From contig CBDEFM010000002.1 of NCBI GenBank assembly GCA_965237415.1, positions 3,584,001 through 3,648,000 of the forward strand: a stretch of DNA of 64,000 nucleotides, written 5' to 3'. Positions 62,739 through 64,000 of this stretch are shown here, one piece after another. Numbering within the stretch: the stretch's first letter is position 1; the number at the start of each line of letters is the position of its first letter. This DNA is from Alphaproteobacteria bacterium (GTDB lineage Bacteria; Pseudomonadota; Alphaproteobacteria; UBA828). The notes beneath the pieces are model-generated. The model did not search any database. It was given only the letters and a program-made list of their open reading frames with translations, and was not told the DNA's origin. Both the position numbers and the translations under genes were made by a program.

Positions 62739-63745
62739 GCGACCCACTGCTCAGCGTCGAAGGCCTCACCACGGTCTTCCGGGTTCGTGGCCGGGAATTC
62801 GCGGCGTTGAACGACGTGAGCCTGACCTGCCAGGCCGGCGAGCGGCTCGGGGTGGTCGGCGAGAGCGGCAGCGGCAAGTCGGTCCTGGCGCTGTCGTTGC
62901 TCAATATCATCCGTGCGCCGGGGCGCATCACCGCGGGGCGCATCCTATTCGACGGCCAGGATGTCCTTGGCCTGCCGCGCCGCGAGCTCAGGCGCGTCCG
63001 CGGCGGCGGCATGTCGCTCATCTTCCAGGACGCCGCCGCCTCGCTGACGCCCGTCTATCCGGTGGGCATCCAGCTCGGCGAGGTGATTCGCACGCATCTC
63101 TCGGTCACGAAGGCCGAGGCGGCGAGACAAAGCGTGCGGCTTCTCGGGCAGGTGGGCATTCCGGAGCCCGAGCGCCGGCTGCGGGCGTTCCCGAACGAGC
63201 TGTCTGGGGGCATGAAGCAACGCGTTGCCATCGCGCTCGCGTTGGCCAGCGAGCCCACGCTGCTCATTGCGGACGATCCCACGTCTGCTGTCGACGTCAC
63301 GATCCAGGCCCAGATCCTTGAGCTGCTGCGTCATCTCGTCGACGAACGTAAGCTCGCCCTGATTTACATCTCGCACGATTTCCGCGTCGTCTCGACGATC
63401 TGTGAACGCCTTCTCATCCTCTACGCCGGCGGCATCGTGGAGCAGGGAGACGCAAAATCGGTTTTCACCGCCCCTCGGCACCCCTATACGGACGCTCTAC
63501 TGGCGTGTTCTCCTTCGGTCGAAGAGTATCGTTTTCCCTTCGCGACACTGCCGGGCAATCCACCCAATCCCAGGGATGAGCCGATTACCGGCTGCCAATT
63601 CCATCCGCGTTGTCCTCGTGCGCAGGATGCATGCTCGCGCGAGTCCCCGCCGGATGAGAGCTTCTCACCGGAACACCACTATCGCTGCTGGAGCCCACTC
63701 GGCACGCGGGAGAGCGCATCGTCACCGGTGATGCCGGTCCGATGA
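62735..63745 (+). CDS. Peptide ABC ATPase (DppD-like)
   Basis: GESGSGKS, LSGGMKQR, HPYT, CQFHPRC. Confidence 0.92.
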   Translation: MSDPLLSVEGLTTVFRVRGREFAALNDVSLTCQAGERLGVVGESGSGKSVLALSLLNIIRAPGRITAGRILFDGQDVLGLPRRELRRVRGGGMSLIFQDAAASLTPVYPVGIQLGEVIRTHLSVTKAEAARQSVRLLGQVGIPEPERRLRAFPNELSGGMKQRVAIALALASEPTLLIADDPTSAVDVTIQAQILELLRHLVDERKLALIYISHDFRVVSTICERLLILYAGGIVEQGDAKSVFTAPRHPYTDALLACSPSVEEYRFPFATLPGNPPNPRDEPITGCQFHPRCPRAQDACSRESPPDESFSPEHHYRCWSPLGTRESASSPVMPVR

Positions 63746-64000
63746 GCAGCCCCGACATTCACGTACGCATCGAGGATCTGCGGATGCTGTTCCCGGTGAA
63801 GCGTGGGCTCCGGGACACAGTCCTCGGCGTCAAGCAATGGGTGCATGCCGTCGACGGTGTGAGCCTGAATCTCCACCGGGGGGAATGCCTCGCACTCGTC
63901 GGGGAAAGCGGATCGGGCAAGACGACCCTCGCTAACTGCATCGCCGGCTCGCTCGTGCCCGTGGCTGGAGAAATCTGGCTCGATGACGTCATGATTGCGC
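63742..64000 (+). CDS. Peptide ABC ATPase (DppF-like), partial
   Basis: HAVDGVSL, GESGSGKTTL. Confidence 0.85.
   Translation, partial: MSSPDIHVRIEDLRMLFPVKRGLRDTVLGVKQWVHAVDGVSLNLHRGECLALVGESGSGKTTLANCIAGSLVPVAGEIWLDDVMIA

Overview
GC-rich alphaproteobacterial chromosome segment. Its core is tRNA-Lys, eno, ftsB, pdhABC, lpdA, lipA and ratA, plus catabolic and ABC-transport genes, with many eroded or deleted gene fragments. Mobile DNA is abundant. (1) A ~16.5 kb island is integrated at tRNA-Lys(CTT) (45-bp direct repeat 3307-3351 / 19811-19855). It carries a tyrosine integrase, IS debris, a TA pair and two candidate defence modules: an HNH nuclease with seven tandem CxxC-CxxC zinc-finger units, and a two-gene operon of an alpha/beta-hydrolase-TPR-PIN-like giant protein plus a 641-aa partner. 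(2) An IS630, with a matching MITE elsewhere that interrupts a HEPN-like gene. (3) A ColE2-type plasmid replicase remnant. (4) A nested IS21 (52245-58864). Its istB is split at the Walker A codons by a large-serine-recombinase element, whose first gene gains its RBS and ATG only on excision/circularisation. Its 3' hairpin is occupied by an IS1111-type IS110 whose bridge-RNA target and donor guides can be read directly from the sequence. All calls are by eye and motif recognition; no database searches were run.
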